Origin: Octopus vulgaris
Taxonomy: Eukaryota
Length of the DNA stretch: 64,000 nucleotides
Assembly: GCA_951406725.2 (NCBI GenBank)
Contig: OX597820.1
Location: 85,622,001-85,686,000, forward strand
Direction: 5' to 3'
The position numbers and the translations under genes were made by a program. Numbering within the stretch: position 1 is the first letter of the stretch; every line of letters starts with the position of its first letter. The notes below the pieces were generated by a model. The model was not told where the DNA came from and ran no database searches. It saw only the letters and a program-made list of their open reading frames with translations. Positions 42,252 to 55,140 of the stretch are shown here, in pieces.

Positions 42252-44519
42252 TGTGTGCATGCGTGTGTATGTGTGCCCGCGTGTGAGAGCTTGTGAGTAT
42301 GTGCGTGTCCTTTTTCACAAGTAAATTTTATTTATTCCTTCGACAGTGTGTCCCAATAATTTATCTATGATAAATTAGGACTATTACTCTATCAGTTCTT
42401 TGTCTCTTACTATTTCACAACTGCCTTTGTGTAAAAGAATTTCATAGTTAGTCTTACCAACCTCCACCTCCCCTCTACCAAGCATCTATTTTCCTTACAC
42501 CTAATGACATCTGCAAACACATTCGCCTTATTTTTTTGGGGTGGGCGAGCTACCCTAATCATTGGTCATTTGATTTTGATTTCGTTTTCTCTTTGCAACT
42601 TGCCGTTCGTGCTGTGGCTAGTTTGATAATTCATTTGTTCATCTCAACCTGACAATGTAAATAACTTACAGGTAACACGACCTGACGATTAGCAAAGCTG
42701 GTTTTGAGTATATTACAACTGATGTATCACACATCGTTATTGCATGAAATGTTCGTAGTTGGTATTTTACCTGCTTCATTATATTCGCATATTTAGTAAC
42801 TTTATTTACTACACCATAATTTGTATGATGGCTGTTAGCTTATGAAAATTTCTCTTAGTTTGAACATCGTCGAATTGTTTAACTTATGATGTTAAAAAAC
42901 TTGCTTTCATGTATATTGTCCCCATTTCTTTATCTGCACTAGCTGCATCAATGCTCTACTAACTGCCTACATCTGCATCTACGTATCCACTATGTGAATG
43001 TATGTATGCGTGTATGTAAGTATGTATGTATGCATGTTTGTATGTATGTGTGTATGTATGTATCATTGTGTTCTCCAGCATCACAAATATTGCTCTCGTT
43101 TGGCTTTCAGTTTTTCTATTTGTTTGATTCGTGTTTTTCTTATTCATGTTGATTTTATAACTTGCACGTGTATTATAGTTTATTATTTTATTTAGTTCTT
43201 GGGGTATGTGGAAAAGGATCGTTTTGAATCATGATCAAGCAACCGTATTATAGTATGTGTTCAAGGAGTGAACAATATACTGCTGTTTTATATATCATAT
43301 AGTATATTGTCTACGCTTTTCTTCAAGTAGCAAAAGTATAACTTCCACCTTCCAATAATATTTTGTAGGGACTTAGCGAATAATCATCCGTATATACTGC
43401 AATATCTAAGTTACCGAAAAATACTTCTTGTGACACTAGAACCAGTAACTGAATAATGTAATATAGAGCAATATTTTGTCGGTTAGGATAAGAATGTCTT
43501 TGAGACCATGATGCTTGATCACTGTTTAAAGGCAGATAAGCAACGAAGGCAACAGCAACAAGCAGCTTTTATTTTTACACAAACCGTATCAAATACAGAC
43601 ATGCAAATGATATCCTAAGTGAATAAATAAATAAAACAAACTATTATCGTAAGAATATTAGCAATTCTCCATCATATGACATGAATAAAAGAAAAATTAC
43701 CTACATGCCATTATGTGGATATGGTTCTGTTGCTTATGTAAACGCTTATAAATGCTGTTGTACTTGCTTAAGTCCGCCTACTGCAACTCTGTATATTACA
43801 GCTCTGAATCCACATCTCTCATAAGGTAATTTCATGCAATTTAAGGTTGTAAATATAAAAAACTATAATTATAAACGTTGTGAATGAAAATGGATTCGTA
43901 AACATTATTTATGCATATAAAAACTAAGCAGAATTTTTATATCATTTTAAATAGTAAATTAAGTAGTAAATCTTAAATTTTGAATTTGCAGTCGTTCATT
44001 AAAATCGCATTGATCATCATTCTCAGGACTGAATAAAATCTTCATAATTATTTGGTGAATGTTATCATCGCACAAGCCGCTTCATCATTGCTGCCTGTAA
44101 TTACAGATTACACATCATTTCCTTCTTCGTCATCATCTTACAGATACTTGCCTTCCGCATCATTCGTGGCATGCGAACTTTTATATTGCTTGAATCATTT
44201 GATAATAACGTCAGTTTTTTTTTGCAATGAATGAATGAATGGTCTGCTCACGAATATAGAAATTTATGTAACTCTTGTCTTGCCTCGTTCTCTGTACGTT
44301 TAATCTCCAAATGGTGTGCGGTTGTTTTATTTTTGTCTTAAAATAACCTATTCATACCAGCATATAACAGTTGCAAATGGCAGCTAGGAATTATTGCTAG
44401 GTCACTAATCAGCAACACCTTCAATAAATGCGATCTACACTAATTCCAAACGAATAACATTCTGCAGTGTACCAAGTGAAAATTCGAACCTTCCCTTCTC
44501 AAAATACATAATTAGGGCA

Positions 44520-45297
44520 GCATACATTTATACATCGGCAAATATTGAGGTTATCAAGTACATGCGATGGAAGGAAAGCGAATATTCAAGATTTTTATCC
44601 CCCAAATGAGGTCGTTGTTTAGTTGAGCACTGAGATTGTTCGGATTTAAACAGTGCTTACAGAATACCATGATTGTTGGCTATTAATTATCTTGACATTT
44701 GGAGAATAGCCATAACCACATTCCATGAAATGAACATTCGTTTCCGGATCAGAAAGATGCGGCTAAGTTTGATACTTTGCCGCTTCCAGCTTCCAGTAAA
44801 TCATGAATTTCCAACTTTCTCCTATCTATTGCCGTGACACCTAATTTGCCCAAATTTTGGAAAGCCAATCATCTTCTGTAAAGCCCTGCCTGGAGTTTAA
44901 TCGTTCCGCAGATCCGCTGATTATGTATCATCTCTCTGGGCGTATCAGTTCGCAATAAGTATCGTAGTCGGTACTCTCTCATTGCATAGTTTGCCTTCAA
45001 TGTTAATCTCCCTTCTTTAAAATTTTTACATCTGTGCACGTTGCCGTTATGAGTAGTGTCATATCTCAAAAAACTGTGGCTTTCCGTAGACGTTTGACTG
45101 TCGACGACCTGCTTCATCAAAAACTCAACGATGACAGCCTCTGTTCAGAACCCATTATTTGCCTGCAAAAAAGAACAAGAAGAACCGTTACTGTAGATGA
45201 AGAGTTCGTCTTCCAGACGCTTGCCGTTTGAACGACATACCTCAATTAATAAGAGAGATATGCACACTTTTGCTTTACTTTCGAAACACCCCTTGTG
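44520..45297 (-). mobile_element. Decayed mariner remnant
   Basis: TIR-like acaaggggtgtttcgaaagtaa at the right end; VHRCKNFKEGRLTLK helix-turn-helix segment. Confidence 0.55.
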
Positions 45298-45438
45298 TGT
45301 ATTCACAGACGCATACACTCATTCATACACTTTCATTCATTCGCACACACACACACACATGTAGATATGTTTGTGCGTCTATAGTATGTACATATACGTA
45401 CATTTAGGGCCATATATATGTATGTATCTATGCATGTA

Positions 45439-45494
<56 letters not shown>

Positions 45495-45746
45495 CATACA
45501 TACATACATACATACATACATACATACATACATACATACATACATACACACGTGTGTCCATCTATATTCTCATACACATAAATACATTATACATGTACAT
45601 ACATGTACATGAATGTATAACTTTTCAATTACTTTTCCCTCCTTTTTTAGTGACGGTTTTTCTATTCCCTGCAGCAACTCTAGTAATATATCTCAACTTT
45701 ATATGCTGTTGTAAATTTAAAGAACAGTAAATACAAGACAAGAACT

Positions 45747-45747
45747 A

Positions 45748-45815
<68 letters not shown>

Positions 45816-45856
45816 TAATAATAACAATAGCAATAACAATAATGATAATAATAATG

Positions 45857-45900
<44 letters not shown>
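45747..45900. repeat. (AAT)n microsatellite with no inserted element
   Basis: Direct run. Confidence 0.95.
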
Positions 45901-45903
<3 letters not shown>

Positions 45904-46611
45904 GAGTTTAAAATATAATGAATGTCGAACTAATAGATCGAAGAAACATAGTAAATTGGAGTTAGTTACCAATAGTGGTCATTATCCACCCCCAAATGAT
46001 ATGATGCAGACAATTCATTATTTATATTTAAATAATGGGTTGCCATTAGGAATAATTTGAGAGTTTCGTCAGTCCCAAATGAGTAATTAAAAACTCATTA
46101 AAAGGACCTATTTGAGAGATCAGTTCGATAGTATTGGCGAGAATTCTCATAATGTAAAATGAAAGAAGACGGTAAAGCAGGAAATGAAGGGGAGGCAAAT
46201 AATGACAGGCGATAGAGGACAGACTGAATAGTTTTCATTGTATGCGTTAGTATGTGCATGAGAATACATATATGTGCCCGTGTGTGTGTGTGTGTGTGTT
46301 TTGCGTGCGTGTGTGAGAGTATGTACGCATGTATTCAAATATTTAAGTATATTTGTGTGGGGCTGTGTGATATGAAGAGATAGTATGGAGGTTATAAAGT
46401 GTATTAGAAAATTGATTTGTTGCTGGGAAATAATTTAAAGTGAGTGGATGTGCTGCGTCAGAGTTTTCAGTGTATTATATAACAATATAGAGGAAATACA
46501 AATATTTTGGTTTGAAGGAGTATTTGTAAATATAGAATGCAAAAAGCAAGGGAGAGATGGTAAAAAAAAAAGCAAGGAAAGAGCAGGGAAAATATGAGAA
46601 AAGGAAAAAAT

Positions 46612-46765
46612 AAGGCATGTTTGTGTAGTAAGAAGCTTACTTCTAAACCACATGGTTCCGGGTTCAGTCTCTGCGTGACACACATGGCATGAGTCTTCTA
46701 CTGTAGTATCGGGCTGACCAAAGGATTGTAAGTGGATTTTGTAGACGGAAACTGAAAGAAGCCCA
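46612..46765 (+). mobile_element. SINE family A 5' half
   Basis: accacatggttccgggttcagtc...gtagacggaaactgaaagaagccc. Confidence 0.8.
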
Positions 46766-46969
46766 GGAGGACTGTTGTATGTCAGGTCATTTCCGCTACT
46801 GGTAACCCAGTATATATATATATATATATGATAAGTGTGTGTGTATGCATATCTATACATATATAATATATACATATACAGATAGATAGATATATATATA
46901 TGTGTGTGTATGTATGTATGTATGTATGTATGTATGTATATATAATCACTGCATGCTAGCCATCGATAT

Positions 46970-48450
46970 ATTGTCTAAATAATACTACCTTGATCGTTAT
47001 TGAGAGTTATCTGCAGATTACACAGCATCATTGTATGTTTCTGTATCAAAAACCACATTAGACTGACTGTGGTAGTTGATAGTTGATGGATAGTTCATTT
47101 TTACAGGAACACGAATGAACATACAACCAATCTCATCAGATATTTTCCGGACAAACACATATTGGCTACACCCCATATTGTGCTCTAAGCTTATTTCAAT
47201 ATTTTGCTAATGTTCAGTTTACTAATGTTCAATAGTATACTAATGTGACATTTAGTACACTGATCGATACTTCGTCAAATTTCGAATGAAGATGAATGTT
47301 ATAACGAACTTCATATCTTTAACTATATTCTTCTTTGTTGTGATTCTTTGTATCACACTTGGATGTCCTACTCCAGAATCCAAGTTGATGATGTCAAAAT
47401 AATTTATACTAGAGACTGTGACTACCCGGTATTCGTCTTGCTTCATAGGAATTTTCTTTGTATTTGGAGTGTCTAGCGTATTTCTATGCAAAACTTTCCT
47501 GTATTTCTAGTTCAGCTGAGATGCCTCATGTACTTTTAGCATTTGGATAAGCGCACAAGAAACGATAGGTACAGATATACTGAATTTCTGATGGGAAATA
47601 GGTGCCATATGTACATATAAACAGTGAACAGTAGACCGATGCCCATTCACTAGACGTGGTTTTGCGTTTAATTATCCATAACAGTAAATTGATTTTATTT
47701 CATTGCAAACCATTACCGACGAAAACTGGTTAAACTTAATATCATTATCAGGTATCTATTAGTGAACGCTGGAGCTTTTACATCGTAGCGCAACCAACTG
47801 GAATAGCATAGAGATTCCCCTCAAACTGGAAGTTAATTTTATAACTGGCTTGATATCCACATAGTTTAATAACATGGGAATAGCGTGACAGGATTTAAAC
47901 TATACACAAGTGATAGCCATCCATTGTAGTAATTCAGAGATTAACATAAAGAAAGCAGTTTTCAAAATTATGCTTGTTTGAATTATGTATTCTAATTTTC
48001 GAACATTTATAGCTCTCTATCATTTCTTTTATGGAAATGATGGGCATCTATCCTTTACATAAATATTTTAATTTGTCGGTTGTTGCTTACTTGCACTTCG
48101 ATCAATTGCTTTATATTATTACATATGAAATATTCTTTTTCTAGATTCGTTAAGATGTTCGCCGTCGGTTTGCTGAACGTGTATTTAACGAAACCTTTGG
48201 AGGTTCTGTTACAATGTTTAGGAAGCAACGATGTAACGGAAGTTGTAAAGTGTCCGATAGAATGCTTTCTAGAAATATGTTTAAAGCTTTTCATTGTTCC
48301 ATAAATTCGAACCTCTCCTAGGCCAAATTTTCCTTTGAAACGTTTTGGTGCGATACATGAAGTTCCATGTCAATGAGGTAAATTGGAAGAATTTTTAGAG
48401 AACCACAGGAAATGACTTGCGCTATCTGCCCCATTTCTTTACCCTTTCGG
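46970..48450 (-). pseudogene. Possible decayed N-terminal part of a PLE ORF
   Basis: Weak ordered remnants IAPKRFKGKFGL, NISKLNISK..EISL, VVFDTETYN. Confidence 0.3.
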
Positions 48451-49103
48451 CTTAATTTCCACGTAGAGATTAGGATATCATTCATAGCTATGGTTACGTA
48501 CTCGACACTGGATACTAACGATTATGAGAGTTACTATTCTGATGACGTCTGTTCATTTCAATTGTGTTAACATTTGAAATTATCTCTGATGTTTGGAATA
48601 GTGTTCTTATTATAGGAAATATAAGCAAATTTACTAACACTGCCTATCAATGAGTCTCATTACCACCGTGGCCATTTTGAAAATATATTCTGGCGAAAAG
48701 GCAGAAACAAACAACAATTAGAAACGTTTCTTCTCGTCAATGAGAAATATGTAAACAAATTAAGCCTACTTTATCTTTCTTGATTATAATGACAATAACA
48801 AGAAAACCAACAATTTTAACTTACATTGGGGAAAACACATTATAACAAGTTTAAACTGGAGCTGCATAAGATTGCATCTTTTAGCAATAAATTGAAAAAT
48901 AATAACAATAAGATAAATCAATAAAAACAGCATAACTTGTTCATTGTATTTTTATTTGTCCAGAAGGATGTGAAATGAGAAAGCATTACAAGTAATACAA
49001 CGGAAATATTATCTTACATATGTGTATGTACGTACGTACATATTTATGTATGTATGTATGTATGCATGTATGTGTGTATGTATATGTATGTATGTGCATG
49101 TGT

Positions 49104-49172
<69 letters not shown>

Positions 49173-49849
49173 TTTCTAAATGTTTATGCTTCTAAGTTTG
49201 TGTTATTCTGCATGTATATGTGTATAGGTGTGCGGTTATATGTTCTTCTTCAATGCTTACGTGTATGTGTTGGTGGTGGAGTTAGAAGGATGGGCTAAAG
49301 AAGAATTTAATGTAAGGAAATAAATTATGAAGGAGATATTGAAGATTTGGATTTTGTAATGCATTAATGATGTAGGCAGAAATAGAAATAAAGATAGAAT
49401 GAAAGGAAAAATGAAAAATGAATTAACAAAAAAATGAGAATGGAAAACGCAGTAATCATTATAATGCATAAGAGAATAGACATATTAAAATGTTAAATAT
49501 AACTGCTAGCGAAGATGATGGTGGTGGTGATGGCGGTGCAAAGGATGATGCTGGTTATGACGATCATCATGGAGCGTAGGGAGAGGAGGAGGATAGTGAT
49601 GGTGATAATATTCTTTTAGTTTGCCTCGTGGTTCCATTTATACATAAAATATATTAACAATTATTTCAGAAAAATGGGAGGATGTTTGTATACACAGAAA
49701 AAAAGCTCCACATACACAACCACACAAACATTTTACACACACATATCTGGGGGCACTCACTCATAGACAGTCATATCTACATACATAAATGTGTAATAGT
49801 GTCTGTCTGTGTGTGTGTGTTTGAGGTTACTCTAACTCCTCATACACCC

Positions 49850-50335
49850 TCCAACCGATTTTAATGATTTTTGGCTCATAGGAAGATCACATGCCCTGAA
49901 ATTCAAATAAAGCCGAAATTTTTCGAAAATTAGATGATACTCAGTTGGCATCGATTTTTGTGAGCTCAATCGGGCGTTTGAATGGAAATTCCCATAACGA
50001 TGTTTTTTTTCTTGCAGCTTTTGCATTTTTTGTCCGATGTTGATGAACATCAATGAGTGTGCGAGGCTTATTGTAATGAGTTGATGTCAGTATGTGGCTG
50101 CACCATTGAACACGTTGTTGTCGGCTGCAAAAATTCAGCTCCGTCAAGAAAAATTTGTCACTTACTCTGACCAATTTTCTTCCGCCTGACACATATCTGC
50201 TCATCATGCAACAGCCTGTCGAACCAGATATAACATCTTAAGGGTTAATAGTTGCACGAGGAATGTAGAAGATTTCAATACAAGGTCGGAAGTGGACTTA
50301 AGTTCAACACGGAAAACACGAGCAACGACGGGTCC
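49850..50335 (-). mobile_element. Mariner internal fragment
   Basis: VSDKFFLTELNFCSRQQRVQWC (WVPK.L...QK..RV-like) and SYEPK. Confidence 0.5.
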
Positions 50336-50411
50336 AATAGCTAGTATACATACATGCATACATACATACATTCATATATGTATACACACACACACACACA
50401 CACACACACAG

Positions 50412-50440
<29 letters not shown>

Positions 50441-50442
<2 letters not shown>

Positions 50443-50835
50443 CGAAGGGTGCATGCAACACCAGCTTTGCAGTAAGTAAGTGATAGATTCTTTTGCCACA
50501 TAAAGCACGCTCTATTTGAACTTAGAGGGGAGAACAACTTCCCGTCATAAGCGAGGTGAATTACTTCATTTTAGATTTAAATTATATCTACCCACCTTGA
50601 TTATTTTATAAATTCCACATTACAAGTTGGCCAAATCAGCCACTGATTAACAAACGAATCTAACGCCTCTCGCTTGCAGTGGGTTGGGGGGGTGTCTCCC
50701 CTGTCATTTCAAATAGGACATTATGGGGCTGTAAATCTATAACTTTTATTCTATGAATGCTGGTTATGCCTGCACACTTCGTCAGTTTTAATCACGGTGA
50801 ATTACTTATTGCGTCTAGCCACCTTAATGATTTTA
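50441..50835. mobile_element. Old fold-back element with ~100-bp imperfect inverted arms between microsatellites
   Basis: aacgaagggtgcatgcaacaccagc...ctatttgaa...aggggaga (50441-50543) is inverted to 50686-50783. Confidence 0.6.
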
Positions 50836-50899
50836 TACACACACACACATACACACATATGTATGTATATATGTATGTATATATATATATATATATATA

Positions 50900-52414
50900 T
50901 GCCCTACACACCGTCTAAGCAATTTTATTGACATTGTTTTGAAACCACTATGTACTTACATACCAAGTTTCATCAGGGATGACATCGACTTCCTGTCCCA
51001 TCTTCCCAAAACAACAGAAACAAATTCAGTTTTGCTAAGTTTTGATGTGGTAAGCCTCTACACCAATATTCCACACGATTTAGGAATAAAGGCGATTAAA
51101 TACTGGTTAGAAAAACATAGAGAAGTGATTCGCAGCAGATTCACAGTGCCATTTATATTAGACACAGTCAAACTTATTCTAGAAAATAACACATTCTTCT
51201 TCAATGGAAAGAATTACATCCAAATTAGAGGCACGGCGATGGGAACGAGGTTTGCTCCCGTTTACGCCAACTCTGTAATGGGATACTTAGAAGAACAACT
51301 CTACCAAGAGGTGGAGGTAAACTATGGCACTGGATTTAGAAAGTATATTGAAAAGGCATGGAAGAGATACCTAGACGACTGTTTCATAATCTGGACAGAA
51401 TCTCTAAATACTCTGGAAGAGTTCAATATCCTCCTGAACAACCTACACCCATCTCTCAAATTTACAAAGGAGATGAGTAGTACCAAATTACCATTCCTGG
51501 ATATAATGGTAATTAAAAAAGACACCACCATCACCACAGATATATACTATAAACACACAGACACACATCAATACCTAAATTTTAAGTCGTGCCATCCACC
51601 ACATACAAAACGTAACATCCCATACTGCCTAGCCAGAATAATTTGTACTATTGTAGAAGATGCAAATATCAGGAACAAACGCCTAATAGAACTAAGAGAA
51701 TTTTTGCTCAAACAAAAATACCCATCTCTACTTATAGAAAATGGCATACAGCGGGCTATAAAAATACCTATACAACAACTTAGGACAACCCAAGGAAGAG
51801 GAAAACAAGAACAAGTCATACCATTCATAGTGACACACAACCCATGTCACCAGAATATCTTCAACATTGCCAAAGCAAACCTACCAATCATTGCCCAAAG
51901 TAATGAATTAAAAGACATAATCAAGGATCGAGCTATGGTGCTTAGTAAAAGACAGCCTAAAAACTTGAAAACATTACTAACAAAGGCAAAATTTGACCTC
52001 AGCAACAAAGACCAAACATTCACGGTATCTAAATGCAATGATAGCCGATGTGGCACATGCCAATTCATACATACCGGTCAATATATAAACACAAAAACCG
52101 GGAAAATATTCACAAACGCGAATATGAACTGCAAAAGCAGAAATTTAATTTACTGCATCAAATGCCCAAATTGTGAAGAAATATATGTAGGTCAGACGGG
52201 AAACGCACTATTAGAACGCTCACGTGTACACCGGCAACAGATTAGAGACCCAGAGGTCCGTCAGATACCTTTGAGTAACCACCTAGCAACATGTGGTCGG
52301 AAAATATATATAATATTTCCATTCTACAAATTACACAGCCCAAGTGAAATCGAGAGGAAAATCAGAGAAAAGAATTTTATTGATAAATTCGAACCCAAGC
52401 TAAATAAGCAATAA
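50900..52414 (+). CDS. 5'-truncated but uninterrupted Penelope-like (Neptune-type) RT + GIY-YIG endonuclease ORF
   Basis: SFDVVSLYTNIP, GTAMGTRFAP, RYLDD, LPFLD, YYKHTDTHQYL, CNDSRCGTC, NLIYCIKCPNCEEIYVGQT; frame is open from the (TA)n junction (CPTHRLSNFID). Confidence 0.95.
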   Translation, partial: CPTHRLSNFIDIVLKPLCTYIPSFIRDDIDFLSHLPKTTETNSVLLSFDVVSLYTNIPHDLGIKAIKYWLEKHREVIRSRFTVPFILDTVKLILENNTFFFNGKNYIQIRGTAMGTRFAPVYANSVMGYLEEQLYQEVEVNYGTGFRKYIEKAWKRYLDDCFIIWTESLNTLEEFNILLNNLHPSLKFTKEMSSTKLPFLDIMVIKKDTTITTDIYYKHTDTHQYLNFKSCHPPHTKRNIPYCLARIICTIVEDANIRNKRLIELREFLLKQKYPSLLIENGIQRAIKIPIQQLRTTQGRGKQEQVIPFIVTHNPCHQNIFNIAKANLPIIAQSNELKDIIKDRAMVLSKRQPKNLKTLLTKAKFDLSNKDQTFTVSKCNDSRCGTCQFIHTGQYINTKTGKIFTNANMNCKSRNLIYCIKCPNCEEIYVGQTGNALLERSRVHRQQIRDPEVRQIPLSNHLATCGRKIYIIFPFYKLHSPSEIERKIREKNFIDKFEPKLNKQ

Positions 52415-52730
52415 TAATAATACTTAGAGGTATTACTTCCACTGCTACGACCATGACCACTAACAACAACAACAATACTAAAGGTGATCAAGACGAAGAT
52501 AGCTGGAAAATTATCTTATTTAGGGTTAAAAGTTCTATTGCCACCACCATCACCACTAGCAACAATAATTAAGGTGCTGACAATGATGATGATGACAATT
52601 GAAATATAAAAATATAAAAATCTCTGACAAAGGATATTTACAACATTTCTAAAAATAACCCAACAATTGCTGCTTCGGCCAGGGTCAAGATACAGGACTC
52701 TTGACCTGTCCAACAAAGCGTGATGCCTAA

Positions 52731-52875
52731 ACCAATCAGCTCAACCAACCAATCAGCTTAAGTAATTGAGTGATACTACACACTGATTGGTCAGAATACA
52801 GTTTGCAAAACCTAGCACTCTGGAGCCTACCCAGCTGTATTTATAGCACAGAATCACTCATCTTGCTACAGTCAA
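52731..52875 (+). promoter_or_regulatory. Putative Pol II promoter in the pseudo-LTR
   Basis: ACCAATCAGC at 52731 and 52748, inverted CTGATTGGT at 52783, TATTTATAG at 52838-52846, CAGT about 30 nt downstream. Confidence 0.5.
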
Positions 52876-52908
52876 AAATTGTGAAGCATGACTGTCAACA
52901 CTACTACA

Positions 52909-52953
52909 TGAACCCGAAGATTGCAGAATTCAATGCATGAAAGTACTAGTTCA
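52909..52953 (+). ncRNA. Minimal hammerhead motif, CCGAAGA core variant
   Basis: Helix I tgaac/gttca; CCGAAGA 52914-52920; helix II tgca/tgca; GAAA 52939-52942; palindromic AGTACT; CTA triplet. Confidence 0.65.
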
Positions 52954-53648
52954 ATCAGAATGAATATTAAACATTCTACTATTTCATTTAATTTTATTTT
53001 ATTCAATTATAATATATTATCTTATAATATATCATTATAAGATTGTAAATAAAACGTGAAAATCAGACAAGGTTGGAATTCTTTTTATTAATATATTCTT
53101 CTATACACAATCACACACACCCATATATATATATATCTATATATATATATATATACATAGAAGACCAATCCTATGAGTATTTAGCCATTAGGAGCTAAAC
53201 TAAATTACGCGTTATTTTGAGTAATACGCTTTTGGTATATTCTAGGGTATCCTATAAGTGGTGAATTCCCTTGGTGTATTATATTCAAATGAATAACATA
53301 CGATGAATAATTGTCAGCTCATTACGGCTGTTTCTTACGTAAGGTTTCAAAAGGAAAATGAGAACTTTACATCATTATAAAAGACTGTAATCATACGATG
53401 AGGAGGAAATTTACAAAACAAAAGAATATCCAAGAATAACTCAATTCATAGTCGGCCTCAACAGACACATCTCTCTTGTATTCTTGGATATTCTTTTGTT
53501 TTCTAAAATTACTTCTCAACTGATTACTGTCTTTTATAACGATGTAATGTTCGCATTCTTCTATTAAAAGGTTGCGTAAGAAACACCTGTAATGAGCTGA
53601 CAATTAGACATCGTATATTGTTATTCATTTGATTATAGTGTGTGTCTA

Positions 53649-54255
53649 AGGCGGCGAATTGGCAGAAACGTTAGCACGCCGGGCGGAATGCTTAGCTGTA
53701 TTTTGTCTGCCGTTACGTTCTGAGTTCAAATTCCACCGAGGTCGACTTTGCGTTTCATCCTTTCGGGGTCGATAAATTAAGTACCAGTTACGCACTGGGG
53801 TCGATGTAATCAACTTAATCCCTTTGTCTTTCCTTGTTTGTCCCCTCTATGTTTAGGCCCTTGTGGGCAAGAAAGAAATAAGAAACGTTAGCACGCCGGG
53901 TGAAATGCGTAGCCGTATTTCGTCTGCCGCTACGTTCTGAGTTCAAATTCCACCGAGGTCCACTTTGCCTTTCATCCTTTCGGGGTCGATTAAATAAGTA
54001 ACAGTTACGCACTGGGGTCAATATAATCGACTTAATCCGTGTGTCTGTCCTTGTTTGTCCTCTCTGTGTTTAGACCCTTGTGGGTAGTAAAGAACTAGGT
54101 ATTTCGTCTGTCTTTACGTTCTAAGTTCAAATTCCGCCGACATCAACTTTCATACTTCGAGGTTGATTAATTATGTACGAGTAGCTTACTGAGATCAGTC
54201 TACTCGACTGGCCCCTTCCTCCAAATTTCGGGTCTTGTGTCTACAATACAAAATA
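53649..54255 (+). mobile_element. SINE family B, tandem trimer
   Basis: Units at ~53649-53880, 53881-54097 and 54098-54255, each with tacgttct.agttcaaattcc; later units progressively lack the 5' head. Confidence 0.9.
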
Positions 54256-54295
54256 TTATAGTTTGTGTGTTTGTATAAATGTTGTATGTATGTAT

Positions 54296-54695
54296 TCTTT
54301 ATTCTACTTGACTGCTGCCATGGTGGAGCACCACCTGATGTTGTTTTAGATGAACAAATTGAACCCAGGACTTCTTTTATCGGTTTTTGTTGCCGAGCCG
54401 CTAAGTAACGGGGACGTAAATGCATCAACACCAGTTACCAAGCGATGGTAGAGGAGATAAACAGACAAACACACAAATATATACATACACACACTCACAC
54501 ACACACATACACACGAGCGCGCGCGCATATACACACACTTGTACGGCAAGCTTCTTTCAGTTCCCGTCTACCAAATCCACGCTCAAGGCTTTGGTCGACT
54601 CGAGGTTATAGAAGACACTTACTCAAAGTGTCACTCGGTGAAACTGAACCCTGAACCATGTGGTTGGGAAACAAGCTTCTTACCAAACAGCCAAG
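54296..54695 (-). mobile_element. SINE family A
   Basis: Reverse complement of the family A consensus. Confidence 0.85.
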
Positions 54696-54699
54696 GGTG

Positions 54700-55140
54700 T
54701 ATGTATGTATTAGTTTCCGCTGTAGGGCCGATGCCCTGTTGGAGCACCACCAACTGCTTTTCCTACACCTCCATTAACACTTAACATTTGTCATTTGGTG
54801 AATGAGGGAGTTTGATATAGCTGATTTCATTCCAACCTCTTGGCATTAAGTTGATTCAACTTGGATTTTTTTTATAGTAGGAGATCCAGTTTAGTTTTGA
54901 AGATACCTACATCCACAACATGTAGTCCTCCCAGTTACTTTCAAAGTTTGGAGAAAGTCCTGCCAGAAACTTCCAGATGTATACTGCAGAATATTTTCCC
55001 CATATTTTTTCTTAATCTCATGAGCGTTTCCCAGTAGATTATTTGCTGCATTGAGGTTATCTTTTGCGTATAGCTTCGCTAGACTACTTCGAATTCAAGA
55101 CGACTTAGAACAAAAGTTCTTCAGAGGACAATCAGCTCTC
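54700..55140 (-). pseudogene. 3' end of a CR1/L2-group LINE
   Basis: RTFVLSRLE...RSYTQKITSMQQIIYWE and AVYIWKFLAGLSPNF motifs, then a 3' stem-loop and (ATAC)n tail. Confidence 0.7.

Larger units (their letters stand above)
52415..53030 (+). mobile_element. PLE 3' region / pseudo-LTR
   Basis: Follows the ORF stop; contains promoter-like motifs, an HHR motif and an AT-rich tail. Confidence 0.75.

Noticed and set aside
48534-48602. CTGATGA...GAAA hammerhead-like motif
   Set aside because: Helices II and III do not pair convincingly
53649-54255. CRISPR-like repeat array
   Set aside because: Units are ~220-nt SINE copies without unique spacers, in a eukaryotic context with no cas genes
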